A stretch of DNA of 57,055 nt, from the IMG/VR virus record IMGVR_UViG_3300046048_000470, positions 1 through 57,055 of that record; one strand, 5' to 3'. The notes beneath the pieces were generated by a model that worked only from the letters and a program-made list of their open reading frames with translations, was not told where the DNA came from and made no database searches. Positions 7,823 to 17,766 of this stretch are shown here, one piece after another; the first letter of the stretch is position 1; each line of letters starts with the position of its first letter. Position numbers and translations under genes: made by a program. This stretch comes from a virus. Its lineage: Duplodnaviria > Caudoviricetes.

Positions 7823-8047
7823 TCATGGCCCGGAGTCGACGCTGCCGACGGGCAGCTGGTCGGCGACGTCGCCGACGGGCAGCCGGTCGGCCCGTAGGCG
7901 CTCCATCAGATCTATCTGCTGATTGAGCCGGGCCCGCGCCTGACGCCAATCAGCCAGATAGAGCTCGATCGACTCGACCCCCGCGTTTCTCGCGTAGCCC
8001 TTCCCGATCTGGGTCCGATGGCGGACCACGCTGGCGATCTCATCCAT
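7823..8047 (-). CDS. Hypothetical protein
   Basis: ATG at 8047 in track ORF 7823..8164; helical, fills gap. Confidence 0.55.
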   Translation of the reverse strand: MDEIASVVRHRTQIGKGYARNAGVESIELYLADWRQARARLNQQIDLMERLRADRLPVGDVADQLPVGSVDSGP

Positions 8048-8063
8048 GGCCAGCGACCCGCTA

Positions 8064-8435
8064 TCAGCCGGCAGCACGGCGGTTCGTCGTCGACGTCGAG
8101 AAAAACACCGTCGCAGCTGACGAATTGCCGGCCGCCTCGTCAAACAACGCCTGCGTCGCACCATTCAACGAGATCCCCTGAGCGGTCACGTAGCCCACGA
8201 GCTTCGCTATCTGCGCCTCGGTCGCCTCAATGTTTTTCGAGTGATCCGACGCACGGCCACCGGCCCGGGTCGACACGGCCTCACCGGCCAGAGTCGCCAA
8301 CCGTTGAGACAGGAACTCGATGGCGACACCGTAAGCAGAACCGAGCCGCTCGATCGCCTCATCAAACGCCGGTTCGTCGTAGGCGGTCCCGAACCAACGA
8401 GACACCAGCGCCCGATCTGCAGGAGTCCCCGACAT
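8064..8435 (-). CDS. Head-tail adaptor-like protein
   Basis: Size, helical character and position two genes after the capsid. Confidence 0.55.
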   Translation of the reverse strand: MSGTPADRALVSRWFGTAYDEPAFDEAIERLGSAYGVAIEFLSQRLATLAGEAVSTRAGGRASDHSKNIEATEAQIAKLVGYVTAQGISLNGATQALFDEAAGNSSAATVFFSTSTTNRRAAG

Positions 8436-8438
8436 CGG

Positions 8439-8876
8439 TCAGTCTCCGGACTGGCTTGCGGCCGCTTCGATATCGCCGAGCGCAGCCAATGTCTTCTCGA
8501 CGTGGTCGAGGACACCGGTCCGGCGTTTCCCTTCGTTCTCCATCGCCGCAGCGAAATGCGCTGCGTCGGCCCGCTCGACCAGCGAATGCCCATCGATCCA
8601 AGCGATCACCGCGGGCACGGTCTGCTGAGCGTCGTACTCCGCCATCCGCTCCCTACGTATCTCCTCGGGAGTCGGGCCGGTCACCTCGTCCGGGTCGTCG
8701 GAGTAGCCGACCAGGTGCTCCACCGAAATGAACGGTAGCCATGCCTCAGGGACGATCTCGCCCTTCTCGAAGGTCAGGGTCCGCTGGTGCTGGAACGACG
8801 TCGTCCCGTCAGCGTTATCGGTCCGCTTCCCCGCGTGGGCAGTGATCCGTGTCCTGGCTTTCATCTTCTGAGTCAT
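8439..8876 (-). CDS. Hypothetical head-associated protein
   Basis: Directly after capsid; C-terminal ENEGKRRTGVL motif typical of post-capsid genes. Confidence 0.6.
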   Translation of the reverse strand: MTQKMKARTRITAHAGKRTDNADGTTSFQHQRTLTFEKGEIVPEAWLPFISVEHLVGYSDDPDEVTGPTPEEIRRERMAEYDAQQTVPAVIAWIDGHSLVERADAAHFAAAMENEGKRRTGVLDHVEKTLAALGDIEAAASQSGD

Positions 8877-8897
8877 GGCTACCGATTCGCTTTCGGG

Positions 8898-9941
8898 TCA
8901 GACGGTCAAGCAGGCCGTCACATCGGGGTTCGTCAGCAACGGTACACCGATGGCGTCAACCACAAGTTCTACCTTGGCCGGGTTGACCTTGGTGGTCACG
9001 TAGGCGACCGGGCCGGGCCGATCGTCTGCTGCCAGCTCGATGCCGAGATCGACGACGGCGGGGGTGCCGTACACGGTGGTACCCACAACGTCGTTCTTCG
9101 GGACAAAGACCCACTTGCCGTCAGTGATCACCTTCCGTGTCGCAGCGCCCCAGGGCTTCACCTGAGCGTCGATGATGACGACCTCGGGGAAGTCGTTGTC
9201 GGCCCGGACCTCGTTGGCAGCGGCCACGCTGAGCGTGTCGAGCACACGGACCGTCGGAGAAGCGTTCCGTACCTGATCGGTCGCCTTGTATTCCCTCCAG
9301 GTATCCCGGTTCGTCAGGACAACCAGGTCCTGCGGGCCAAGGCCTTCCTCGTCCTGGAGCGTGTCGAGCATCGCCTCCTCGTCAGTCATCGGCACAGCGT
9401 TGGCCGTGTCTGACCAGACAGTGCCAACCGTGGTTTCACGGCCAGCTACCCGCTGTGAATCGAGGACCAGGTTCATCTGCTGATCAGTGATCGTCGAGGT
9501 GCCGTTCATGAGCAGATCGCCCATGACGACCCACATCCGATTGAAGATCGCCCGGATACCCCTGCGGATGTCCTGCTGAGCGGTCAGGCCGACGTCCTCC
9601 GGTGAAAACTCCGCGCCGGCCGCGGCCAACTGCCGGGCCATGAGGATGTCAAACTCGCGTTGGATGTACTCGATCGAGATCGGAGGCATTTCGCCTCGGG
9701 CGATCGTCCGACCGGGCCGGGTACCCAACCGGGCAGGTACGTCCCAAGTACGGAACGGAGCCGACTCGGTGTAGGTCTGAGTCGTGCCGCGATCCCACTT
9801 GAAGTCAGTGGAATCGACGGTCTGCGCGGGGAACCAGTTGTTCAACCGCGGCATGTTCTGTGGTCGGTCCTCGTCAGCGAGAATCAACCGTGCGAGCCCG
9901 GTCAGTAGCACCGGGTCGAAGGCGTCGAAAAGTCCAGCCAT
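8898..9941 (-). CDS. Major capsid protein (HK97 fold, capsid-E-like)
   Basis: 347 aa after scaffold and decoration genes; WFP, GEMPPIS, WSD..A.PM.D, GTTVYG and P.L.NPD motifs. Confidence 0.85.
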   Translation of the reverse strand: MAGLFDAFDPVLLTGLARLILADEDRPQNMPRLNNWFPAQTVDSTDFKWDRGTTQTYTESAPFRTWDVPARLGTRPGRTIARGEMPPISIEYIQREFDILMARQLAAAGAEFSPEDVGLTAQQDIRRGIRAIFNRMWVVMGDLLMNGTSTITDQQMNLVLDSQRVAGRETTVGTVWSDTANAVPMTDEEAMLDTLQDEEGLGPQDLVVLTNRDTWREYKATDQVRNASPTVRVLDTLSVAAANEVRADNDFPEVVIIDAQVKPWGAATRKVITDGKWVFVPKNDVVGTTVYGTPAVVDLGIELAADDRPGPVAYVTTKVNPAKVELVVDAIGVPLLTNPDVTACLTV

Positions 9942-9956
9942 GTGTAGTCAGCCTCC

Positions 9957-10427
9957 TCAGGCGTAATCGTCCATCGCGAGGAAGCCCGTAGGCAGGTCCG
10001 CGACTTCGACGGGGTTGGCAGTGGTTCCGTCTTCGAGGAGAAGACCAGGCATGTTGGCGACGATGACCTGCAGAGCCAAGCCGGCGGGGATGACCGCGCA
10101 CACGGTGTCGGTCGCGATGGCCAGACCGGTGAACTCGTCACGGCGGACACGGCCACCGGACAGGATCACACCGTCGGCAGTGCCGAGACCTTCACCGACC
10201 GTGTCGTCTTCGACGTACGCTCCCCACTTGCCGTCATTGGCACCGGAGTCGTATTTCGCGACGAGCAGGCCAGGCTTCAAGTACCCGTCGGGGTAGTGGG
10301 TTCCGAGGATGAAACCAGCGATCAAGCACTGAGCCGAAACGGCCTGCGCGAGAGCTTCCTGGTCGGGACGGAACAGCCAGATGAGATCATCCTGGCTGAA
10401 CGTCGTGAGGGTTTGGACTAGGTCCAT
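9957..10427 (-). CDS. Head decoration protein
   Basis: HYPDGYLKPG..AK....GKWGAY....G..TADG.I motif; lies between scaffold and capsid. Confidence 0.75.
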   Translation of the reverse strand: MDLVQTLTTFSQDDLIWLFRPDQEALAQAVSAQCLIAGFILGTHYPDGYLKPGLLVAKYDSGANDGKWGAYVEDDTVGEGLGTADGVILSGGRVRRDEFTGLAIATDTVCAVIPAGLALQVIVANMPGLLLEDGTTANPVEVADLPTGFLAMDDYA

Positions 10428-10480
10428 TGAACGCTCCCAAAGTTTGGGGTGGCTAGATGACTAGCCGGCGCGTCCGATGG

Positions 10481-11230
10481 TCAGCTCGACTCGGGAGCCT
10501 TCCAGACCGGGCCTCCACCCGCTGGGCGGGCGACCTTGGTCTTCTGTGCGTCCAGCATCTTCTGCGCCCGCTCCATTGGAGTCAGGGGCTTCTGCTGCTG
10601 GTTCCGTTGCCCCACCGGGATACCACCCGAAGGCGCTCCAGGGGGAGGAGTCTGCTGGCCTGCGCCGTTCGCACCGACCGAACCCGTGAACAGCTGCGGC
10701 AGCGATGCACGCAGCTGGCCGATAGCCCACGACACCGGATCGGCTTCGCCGTCGGGCGCCTGCAGGGCATGGGTAACCGCGAGATCAAGAATCGGACCCA
10801 CCGCCGACGGGTCGCAGCCCGCCGCCGAGACGTTGCCCTCAGCGTCGACGACCGGAGCAACCAGAGCAGTCTGCAGGCGGTTCCGGAGACGTTCCGTCTC
10901 CAGCTCGGCTTTCAGCTGCGTTTGGGTTGCTTCTGCAGCGGCCAGCGCGTCGGCCTGCCGTTGCAGTTCGGTCTTCTCCGCTTCGGTGCGGTCGTTGTGT
11001 GCCTTGATGATCTTCGCTGCCTCATCGAGCGAAACGCCCAACTCCTCAGCGAGTTGTTTCTTCGCGGCTGCAGCGCCGGCCTTCTTGCCGGCGATGTCTC
11101 GGGCATTGAGATCGTCCTGAGTGAACTTCGGGCCGTCGCCCTTACCGCCAGCACCAGGCCCCGCGGGGGGTGGTGGGATGACTGGTGGTGTTCCCTCTGG
11201 GATCTCTCCGCCTTCGGCTTCTGCGCCCAT
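10481..11230 (-). CDS. Capsid scaffolding protein
   Basis: KFTQDDLN, coiled coil EAEKTELQR, LPQLF, Pro/Gly-rich tail. Confidence 0.8.
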   Translation of the reverse strand: MGAEAEGGEIPEGTPPVIPPPPAGPGAGGKGDGPKFTQDDLNARDIAGKKAGAAAAKKQLAEELGVSLDEAAKIIKAHNDRTEAEKTELQRQADALAAAEATQTQLKAELETERLRNRLQTALVAPVVDAEGNVSAAGCDPSAVGPILDLAVTHALQAPDGEADPVSWAIGQLRASLPQLFTGSVGANGAGQQTPPPGAPSGGIPVGQRNQQQKPLTPMERAQKMLDAQKTKVARPAGGGPVWKAPESS

Positions 11231-11365
11231 TCGTCCTCATCGGTTCAATCGATGTTCCCCACAGTTCAAGCGCCGTGGTCGCGTCCCCTGGATTGCGCCC
11301 CAGGTGGCGTCAGAACGGAGCATACCGCGCGCAGAAGGACGCGAGTAGTGACGCGCACGCGACGG

Positions 11366-11584
11366 TCAGTAGCTGCAGATCTCGCAGCCGGCCGCCGGCC
11401 GCCACGAAATCGTAAGCCACTCGTCTACTTCCGCGCCGTCGACGAGCAGCCCCTGGCCGAGCCAGGCTACGACTTCATCATCTGACCAGCCCGACGGCGC
11501 CGGCGTCACATGAACGCAGATCTGGCTATCGCCGATCTCTTCGGTACGCTCGACCGCCCCGGTCTCGTCGTGAATGATCAGCAC
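11366..11584 (-). CDS. Hypothetical protein
   Basis: GTG start in track ORF 11366..11611, between portal and scaffold. Confidence 0.55.
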   Translation of the reverse strand: MLIIHDETGAVERTEEIGDSQICVHVTPAPSGWSDDEVVAWLGQGLLVDGAEVDEWLTISWRPAAGCEICSY

Positions 11585-11631
11585 GTTCAAGCCCCCTTGG
11601 CTCGGCCACAAGCACGAACCGTCACGACTCG

Positions 11632-13590
11632 CTAACCAAGCAGACCAGCGCCGATATCAGCACCAACGGTCGGTGCCGGCGCCCCGCCGTCTTCGCCCTC
11701 CGGCGCACCAGCGTCACCTCGGTCAGCAAGCTCGGCATCGGAGTACCCGAGGAACCTGCCCGCCAACGCCGGTTGCTCCGTCGCTGCGTTGATCAGGTCA
11801 GCCTCAGCCGCCATCGTCGCCCGGATCCTCATCAGTTCCGTCTTCGCGTCCTCGACCGGGACACCGAGAGCGACAAGCATCGCTATCGCTGTTTCCTGGC
11901 TGATCGCCTTCGACCTCAACAGCTCTGTGATGATCTGAGTCCACGTCTGCAGATCCTGGGGCATGAACGTGCCCAACTCGATCGACGCGTCGAACACCTC
12001 GGTGCTGCCACCAAGGGTCTCGTCCTGCTCCTGAATAGCGATCCTCTGAACCTGCTTGAGCAGCAACGCGTGTTTCCGGTCCCGAGACAACCGGGCCAAC
12101 AGCACCGCCTGTTGGAACGGAGTGAACGACAACAACAGCGAGATCCCAGACGGGACCTCCGAAGCGTCGACACGGCCGATCAGGCCATCAGGGACCGACA
12201 GGGCAACCGTCGCCTGAGACCGTTTCCGGTCCGCGTATTCGCCAAGCGCAACCAGAGCAGCACCCATATCGACCTTCGTCACCGCGCCTTTCTCCGACAG
12301 GCGCACACCGTCGCCAGGAGCGACGTCGACCTTCCCATCAGCCCCACCGGGGGTGCCCTGCATGCCCGACAGGCCGAGCAGCGGCCGAGCCGCCCACACG
12401 GCCGCCAGCGCTTCCTCACCGTCCGCCGCGGCGATCTCGTCCAGAACCTGCATGACTCTGACCAGAGGCGGCCGGCCGAAGTGGTTCGTCGAGCTGGGGG
12501 TATGAGGGACATGAACCAGCGGGATGAAATCGAGCCCGATCGGGAGCCGATTCCAGGTGATCACCTCACCGTCAGGCTGGAGCGGGTCAACCAAGTCAGT
12601 CCGGTACACCGCGTTTTCGTTGGGTCCGTCGACCAGCTCGAAACTGTCAGCCGGGAACGTCTCCTCTGTGACGACACACACGCTCGTATGAACGTCGCCC
12701 TCACCGTGGTACAAGGGCGCAGAGATCGAGATACCAGCCCCAGCCGCGGCCGCGAGACCTTGAGCTTCCTCGATCGGGACCAGCTCGTAGGTGATCCGCT
12801 TGACGAACTCCTCCTCTTTCGCTTCCGGGTCGTCGAGCTTGTCGAGCGGACGAGAGAGGACATTCCAAACCAGGTCGACCCTGGTCGGGAAATCCCCTGG
12901 TTGCGTGTCGTCAAGGCGGGGCATGTAAACGTCCGGCTCGAAGATGTCGACCCGGGGCCGCCGCGCCCGCCGGTCCCAGCCGAGCCGGTAGACACCGGAA
13001 CCGAGCGGGACGATGTTCTCCCGTTCGTTCTCCGTCATCAGATCGACCAGCATCGCCTTATCAGCCCAATCACGAAGCCAGTCCTGCCGAGCCTTCGCCA
13101 ACGGGACACGAAGCCGTTTCAGTTCCCACGCTTCGAGCTGCTCGCGGGCCCGCAGCTCCCACGCCGCGACCGACGCCTCGTACGTTTCCTTCCGGAACGC
13201 CTGGACCGTCGGGTGATCGTTCCCGCCCTCCGATGGTGGGGCCGGCTCCGGGTCGATCTCGGGCTCCGACGGGACCGCTTCGCCTGCCTGGTCGACAACG
13301 ATCGTCTGCTCTTCGCCGAGCACGCCGGCAGCGATCCGTTCGACGAACACAGCCGGGTCGCCGAACTCCCGCCACTCGTCGGCCTTGTCCGGATTCCGTT
13401 CGTCTTCGGCCAGATGCCACCGGGCCGTGTTGTCCATCAGCGCCCGCAACACGTGGTAGGCGTTGACCCGTCGTGCGTTCTGACCGGTCAGGTACTTCGG
13501 GGCGGCTAGAGCTTCGTTGCCGTCGCCCTGCATGATCGGCCGAGTCGCAAGCGGCGCCCACATGTCCTGAATAAATTCGGTCTCCGGCAT
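11632..13590 (-). CDS. Portal protein
   Basis: 652 aa heading the head cluster; IPLVHVP...HFG...D.I..., PSG.SL.L motifs; leaderless TAGTCT-N7-ATG. Confidence 0.8.
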   Translation of the reverse strand: MPETEFIQDMWAPLATRPIMQGDGNEALAAPKYLTGQNARRVNAYHVLRALMDNTARWHLAEDERNPDKADEWREFGDPAVFVERIAAGVLGEEQTIVVDQAGEAVPSEPEIDPEPAPPSEGGNDHPTVQAFRKETYEASVAAWELRAREQLEAWELKRLRVPLAKARQDWLRDWADKAMLVDLMTENERENIVPLGSGVYRLGWDRRARRPRVDIFEPDVYMPRLDDTQPGDFPTRVDLVWNVLSRPLDKLDDPEAKEEEFVKRITYELVPIEEAQGLAAAAGAGISISAPLYHGEGDVHTSVCVVTEETFPADSFELVDGPNENAVYRTDLVDPLQPDGEVITWNRLPIGLDFIPLVHVPHTPSSTNHFGRPPLVRVMQVLDEIAAADGEEALAAVWAARPLLGLSGMQGTPGGADGKVDVAPGDGVRLSEKGAVTKVDMGAALVALGEYADRKRSQATVALSVPDGLIGRVDASEVPSGISLLLSFTPFQQAVLLARLSRDRKHALLLKQVQRIAIQEQDETLGGSTEVFDASIELGTFMPQDLQTWTQIITELLRSKAISQETAIAMLVALGVPVEDAKTELMRIRATMAAEADLINAATEQPALAGRFLGYSDAELADRGDAGAPEGEDGGAPAPTVGADIGAGLLG

Positions 13591-13727
13591 GAACCCGAGA
13601 CTACAACGGGCCAGGAGACGGGACGCCTGCCAGGGCGGTTATAGCTGGCAGACGTCCCGTAGCCCCCGAAGGTGGACGCCCCTACAAGGTGGGGGTAGGG
13701 ACGCCCACACCGCAGACCCTACCGCTG

Positions 13728-14144
13728 TTACGGGCGCCGGTTGATCGAGCGAGTGGGAGGACCGGGAGGAAGGTCCGAACGGGACGCGCCGAGCCGGGCC
13801 AGTTCTTCGTCGATCGTCCCGAGCGACGACGGCGGCCGGAACGTGGCCGCCTCGTTGGCACGGTGCTGCCGTTCCGGCTCGGTCGAGGGCGCCACCAGGA
13901 TCGCTGCCAGGTCCGTAGCCCGTTGTGTCACGGCCTTGTCGATCTCGGCGATGTCGCCGCCGACGAACACCGCGTGAGCGAGAAGGATCCACAAGCCGAG
14001 CGCAGCGTTCAGCGCCGCCAACGTCGTGTCGTCGATGTCGACCGTGCCGCTGGCAACCAGGCCGTTACCGGTCGCGAGCACCGTCGCGTACAGCAGCGAC
14101 CGCGCCCGGACCAGACGAGACAGGTACACGGTCGCTGATGTCAT
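13728..14144 (-). CDS. Membrane protein, holin candidate
   Basis: Two hydrophobic segments and a charged C-tail. Confidence 0.5.
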   Translation of the reverse strand: MTSATVYLSRLVRARSLLYATVLATGNGLVASGTVDIDDTTLAALNAALGLWILLAHAVFVGGDIAEIDKAVTQRATDLAAILVAPSTEPERQHRANEAATFRPPSSLGTIDEELARLGASRSDLPPGPPTRSINRRP

Positions 14145-14704
14145 TCCCCGACGCTACTAGACGTAGGCAGATCCCAAAGGAACTCCCTGGCCTCGGCCGT
14201 AGTAGCTCGCACATCGGCTTCAAGATCCCGCGGGGCGGCTTGCTTGTGGCCTTCGGTGCCGTCCTGGTCGACGTCGGATTTGGGTGACCATCCCAGATCG
14301 GCCCGGAGCCGCTCCGCACGCTTGGCCATCTCATCAGCATCGGCGTAGAGCCGTTTCGATTCACGACGGGCATCTGCAGCCTCGGCCGCCAACGTCTCGT
14401 GTTCATCGTATTTCGCCTGCCGGAGCGAATCGATCCGCCGTTGCTCTTCCGCTTCGATCTCAGTAAAGACCAGGGCCAGGCGAGCAAGGTCAGACGCCGA
14501 CGGGAACCATTTGATCGTGACCGCAGCCATGCTGCCCGGATCGAATTGGAGACTGACCGATTTCGCCTTTGCCGGGTCGATGCCGAGAAGCTCGCAGATC
14601 GGCGCCCCGACGTCACGGCCGAGTACCGGCCTGGATTGCTCCCACCGTTGTAGCGGTCGATCCTCCGCCGGTTCGGACGCGGTGGTTTCTGTGTCGCTGT
14701 TCAT
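14141..14704 (-). CDS. Hypothetical coiled-coil protein
   Basis: 187-aa ORF, ATGA overlap with next gene. Confidence 0.65.
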   Translation of the reverse strand: MNSDTETTASEPAEDRPLQRWEQSRPVLGRDVGAPICELLGIDPAKAKSVSLQFDPGSMAAVTIKWFPSASDLARLALVFTEIEAEEQRRIDSLRQAKYDEHETLAAEAADARRESKRLYADADEMAKRAERLRADLGWSPKSDVDQDGTEGHKQAAPRDLEADVRATTAEAREFLWDLPTSSSVGE

Positions 14705-14722
14705 CCGGCCAGCGTAGAGCCG

Positions 14723-14917
14723 TCAGGTGTTCCGAACAGCCTCGACGAAATCAGCGAACCGGAGCGACGGGTCAACGACCTCCGAGACCGCCACCAGCCA
14801 AGCAGCGTGAGTCAACGCCTCGACCGGAGTCATAACCAGGTTCGGGAACAACACCACGACAGCTTCGCCCTGACTGCCGACCATCTGCCTGTTACTCGGA
14901 TCGATCTCTGCAGCCAT
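14723..14917 (-). CDS. Hypothetical protein
   Basis: 64 aa, EAL.HAAWLVA motif. Confidence 0.6.
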   Translation of the reverse strand: MAAEIDPSNRQMVGSQGEAVVVLFPNLVMTPVEALTHAAWLVAVSEVVDPSLRFADFVEAVRNT

Positions 14918-14927
14918 AGACGTGAGG

Positions 14928-15452
14928 CTACCGGCCAGGCCGGAACGGAGCCGACTCGATATCGACCATGAACCGCTGCCCGTCGACCTCGACCGTGACC
15001 GTCGAGAACATCACACACCGGCGGTCGTCGAGCGGGTACGTCCTCCCCTGGCCAGCGCCGAACGTCCACGGGTTCACCTGCTCGGCTCCTAACGGTTCAA
15101 CGTCAAGCCCTTCCGACTCGAACGACTGGGAAGCCCTGAGCAACCAGTCTTTCGGGACAGTACCCCCCTCGGGGTCGAGGGGTTCGCAGCGGAGCCGGTC
15201 GTTCCATCGCACCGAATCCGGTGCCCGCCAGTAAGTCACCGTCGACGCCATCAGCAGGACCTGGTCCTCGACGTCAGTCTTCTCGAACTCGATCGAGCTG
15301 TACTGGAACACGTCAGCTGTCGTCAACGCTGGAGTCGTCGCCGCTATCCACGCGTCCCACACCTTCGTCGCCCCGTAGGCCAGGAGGAGGAACACGACAA
15401 CGATCGGCCAATTCTCCTTCGCTATCAACCACACGTGCCTGTTCCGGTCCAT
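14928..15452 (-). CDS. Membrane-anchored protein
   Basis: N-terminal TM helix, beta-rich ectodomain with a Cys pair. Confidence 0.65.
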   Translation of the reverse strand: MDRNRHVWLIAKENWPIVVVFLLLAYGATKVWDAWIAATTPALTTADVFQYSSIEFEKTDVEDQVLLMASTVTYWRAPDSVRWNDRLRCEPLDPEGGTVPKDWLLRASQSFESEGLDVEPLGAEQVNPWTFGAGQGRTYPLDDRRCVMFSTVTVEVDGQRFMVDIESAPFRPGR

Positions 15453-15455
15453 CCC

Positions 15456-15701
15456 TCAGCCCTTCCTTGGGAGGATGCCGCGGAGCTTCGGGTCGATACC
15501 GAAACCGAGAGCAACGATCCCTATGATCACTTCCCGGTCAACAGGGACACCGAGGATCTGGCCTGATACGACCACGACCACGAGAGCGACCAACGCCACA
15601 AGCTGCGCAGTCTGGACCAGATTCTGACCGGCAGTGTCGGACGGGATCGGGACCTCTGCCGGCGGTCGGGCCGGGTCGTCGTTCTCCCCGGTCATCCGCA
15701 T
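15456..15701 (-). CDS. Two-TM membrane protein, holin candidate
   Basis: LVALVALVVVVV and IIGIVALGFG hydrophobic segments; basic C-terminus. Confidence 0.6.
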   Translation of the reverse strand: MRMTGENDDPARPPAEVPIPSDTAGQNLVQTAQLVALVALVVVVVSGQILGVPVDREVIIGIVALGFGIDPKLRGILPRKG

Positions 15702-15711
15702 CCCTTCCTGT

Positions 15712-15822
15712 TTAGTGCCGGGCCGGTCTGTGTGAGCCGAGCCAGTACAGCAAATCCCGCAGCGTCCATCCTGCAGCCAGGCCGACGATGCCGATCATGA
15801 ACTCTCTCGTCAGTTCGTTCAT
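15712..15822 (-). CDS. Small membrane peptide
   Basis: 36 aa, single TM; start uncertain. Confidence 0.45.
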   Translation of the reverse strand: MNELTREFMIGIVGLAAGWTLRDLLYWLGSHRPARH

Positions 15823-16023
15823 CGCGGTTCTGTCCTGTCGTCCATGAGTGAGAACGTAGCCCTTCTGCCAGCGGGAATGCATCCATGCGGGCAGGCTACG
15901 CGTTCGGCCGGTCTCCGGCCGAACCCCCGGTAGAGCCAAATCACTACCCAACAGGCCGAGCCTCTGACCAGGAGTTATTTAACATCCCCCACGCGCGGGT
16001 AACCGACTCCCGTCGACCTCGAC

Positions 16024-16047
16024 CGTCTACCCCGCGAGGGGTAGACG
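16024..16047. other. Perfect hairpin with GCGA loop containing the ACCCC-N4-GGGGT motif
   Basis: cgtctacccc-GCGA-ggggtagacg in a non-coding region. Confidence 0.7.
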
Positions 16048-16164
16048 CGGAGAAGGCCAGCGAGGCGCCGCCGCACCCTCACTGGCCTTCAGCCTTGTTT
16101 CCCAACAAACCAGATGCCCCGTATCCGCAGCTAACGAGAAGGGGGCCGACCGGCAACAGGGATA

Positions 16165-16776
16165 CTACTCGCTCCGGTCGACCTCGATCCAAGCGGCGAC
16201 CGTGGCAGCTTCCCAAACCGTTGTCGTGTGGACCTTCCCGACCGGTACCGGAGCACGGTGCGGGGCCTGCGACAAGCGGCGACGTAGTTCGTTTTTCGTG
16301 ATCGCCATCAATTCGGCGACTTCGCCGGAATCGAGCGGGTCGACGATCACCTCGACTCCCAACTGTTCAGCGAGATAGTGAACGGCTTCGCGGGCCCCGG
16401 TACCGGTCGGGGCGAACGCTGCAGCCACAGCGAAATCTGAGCCGGCGCACATGCGTGCGAGTGCTGTCGACACCTCGGCGTCTGTCTCGGCCAGGTACCG
16501 CTCATACAGGTCGGTTGATCTGGCGATGCAGGTGGTTCGTGCCAGTTCGGCGGTCCATTTCGAGAAGCGGATCAGGTCAGGGGCCGAGATCTCGGTGGCG
16601 TACCGTTCGAGCGCGGCGAACCATTCGCTGTATGAGCCGACCTGGTAGACAGCGTTGCCGCAGTGCGGGCAGACGCACTGGCCGATCTCCTGGGCTGTTT
16701 GGGTTGCTGGTCCGGACCAAGAGCAGCGGGTCCCGTAGGTCCAGCGTTCGGCTGGGTCTGGTTTGCGTGTGATCAC
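16165..16776 (-). CDS. Zn-finger plus C-terminal AlpA/excisionase-like HTH protein
   Basis: CPHCG; LDSGEVAELM...P.PV...VW....V.AW; GTGA overlap. Confidence 0.6.
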   Translation of the reverse strand: MITRKPDPAERWTYGTRCSWSGPATQTAQEIGQCVCPHCGNAVYQVGSYSEWFAALERYATEISAPDLIRFSKWTAELARTTCIARSTDLYERYLAETDAEVSTALARMCAGSDFAVAAAFAPTGTGAREAVHYLAEQLGVEVIVDPLDSGEVAELMAITKNELRRRLSQAPHRAPVPVGKVHTTTVWEAATVAAWIEVDRSE

Positions 16777-17156
16777 TGGAGTTTCCTCGGGTTTTTGTTG
16801 TCGGGAAATCGCGCGCGGGTCGCCGCGCGGCAGTCCGCGCATGGGGTTGCGGCGACCGCTGGGTTGTCTTCTGTCGTGTAGGGGGAGCCGTAGGGGATAG
16901 TTGGGATGGCCGCGGTGCATTGGGGGCAGATGGCGTAGTCGTCGAATTGGTCGGTGTCGTGTGGGTCGAGGCGCATTCGTTCGCCTTCGATCGGGTAGGG
17001 GGTTGCGGTGTCGATGGCGTGGATGTTGAGGCGGTGGAGTTTGGATGCGAGTGTGATCGCGGCGCCTGCGAGGTCGAGTAGGGCGCTGGCTAGGGCTGTC
17101 GCTGGTTTTCGTGTGGGGGTGTTGGGGTCGAGGACGAACGCGATGCTGTCGGTCAT
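16773..17156 (-). CDS. Hypothetical Zn-binding protein
   Basis: CPQC...CADC; ATGA overlap. Confidence 0.6.
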   Translation of the reverse strand: MTDSIAFVLDPNTPTRKPATALASALLDLAGAAITLASKLHRLNIHAIDTATPYPIEGERMRLDPHDTDQFDDYAICPQCTAAIPTIPYGSPYTTEDNPAVAATPCADCRAATRARFPDNKNPRKLQ

Positions 17157-17389
17157 GTGCTGGCTTTCTGTTTCATTCGGATCGGGCGACGTTCTTTTTC
17201 TGTGCTGCCTCCCCAGATCCCGAAGCGTTCCCCGGTCGCGAGTGCTTCGTTGAAGCATTCGGTTCGGACGGTGCAACCGGCGCAGATAGCTTTCGGGTAG
17301 GAGATGTTGCCGCCCTGGTCGGGGAAGAACACGGAGCGGTCTGCTCCCCTGCAGTTGGCCTGCCGGCGCCAGTCGTCGCTGGTGGTCAT
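17153..17389 (-). CDS. whiB: WhiB-family transcriptional regulator
   Basis: WRRQANC...FFP...AICAGCTVRTEC...GIWGG. Confidence 0.93.
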   Translation of the reverse strand: MTTSDDWRRQANCRGADRSVFFPDQGGNISYPKAICAGCTVRTECFNEALATGERFGIWGGSTEKERRPIRMKQKAST

Positions 17390-17766
17390 GGCAGCTTGGC
17401 CGTGTCGAAGACCGATACCGGTTCGGGCCAGTTGTGGCTGCCGTCGTGTCCTGCCGGCAGGTTGCAGTTGATCCCGGCCGACTCCCAGCCGCAACCGGCG
17501 CGGCCGTAGGGGAAGATCGAGGATGCCGTAGTTGGGCCGAGCACGGACACAAGGGGAGTGCCGGCCGTAGCCGATGCCCATGCCGCGAACTCGGCTGCTG
17601 TGTCAGCCAGGGCCGCGGCTACGGCCTCGTCGAGGACCAGGCCGGTCTCGTCGGCCAGATCCGCGAGGACTTCGGCCCTGTCGTCTTCCTCCCACCGGCA
17701 GAGGAACCAGCTCAGCAGGATGGTGTCAACTCGGCTGAAACCGATCGTGTGGCCTCGCGTAGTCAT
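17386..17766 (-). CDS. Hypothetical protein
   Basis: ATGA overlaps at both ends; C.L..GHDG.H motif. Confidence 0.6.
   Translation of the reverse strand: MTTRGHTIGFSRVDTILLSWFLCRWEEDDRAEVLADLADETGLVLDEAVAAALADTAAEFAAWASATAGTPLVSVLGPTTASSIFPYGRAGCGWESAGINCNLPAGHDGSHNWPEPVSVFDTAKLP

Noticed and set aside
11773-13509. Long plus-strand ORFs (also 5413..6816, 37055..38392, 39958..41454)
   Set aside because: Antisense shadows of well-supported minus-strand genes, expected at high GC; Arg/Pro-rich with no motifs.
1463-16132. 14-bp match ccgtatccgcagct at 1463 and 16119
   Set aside because: A single short match without shared context; compatible with chance.
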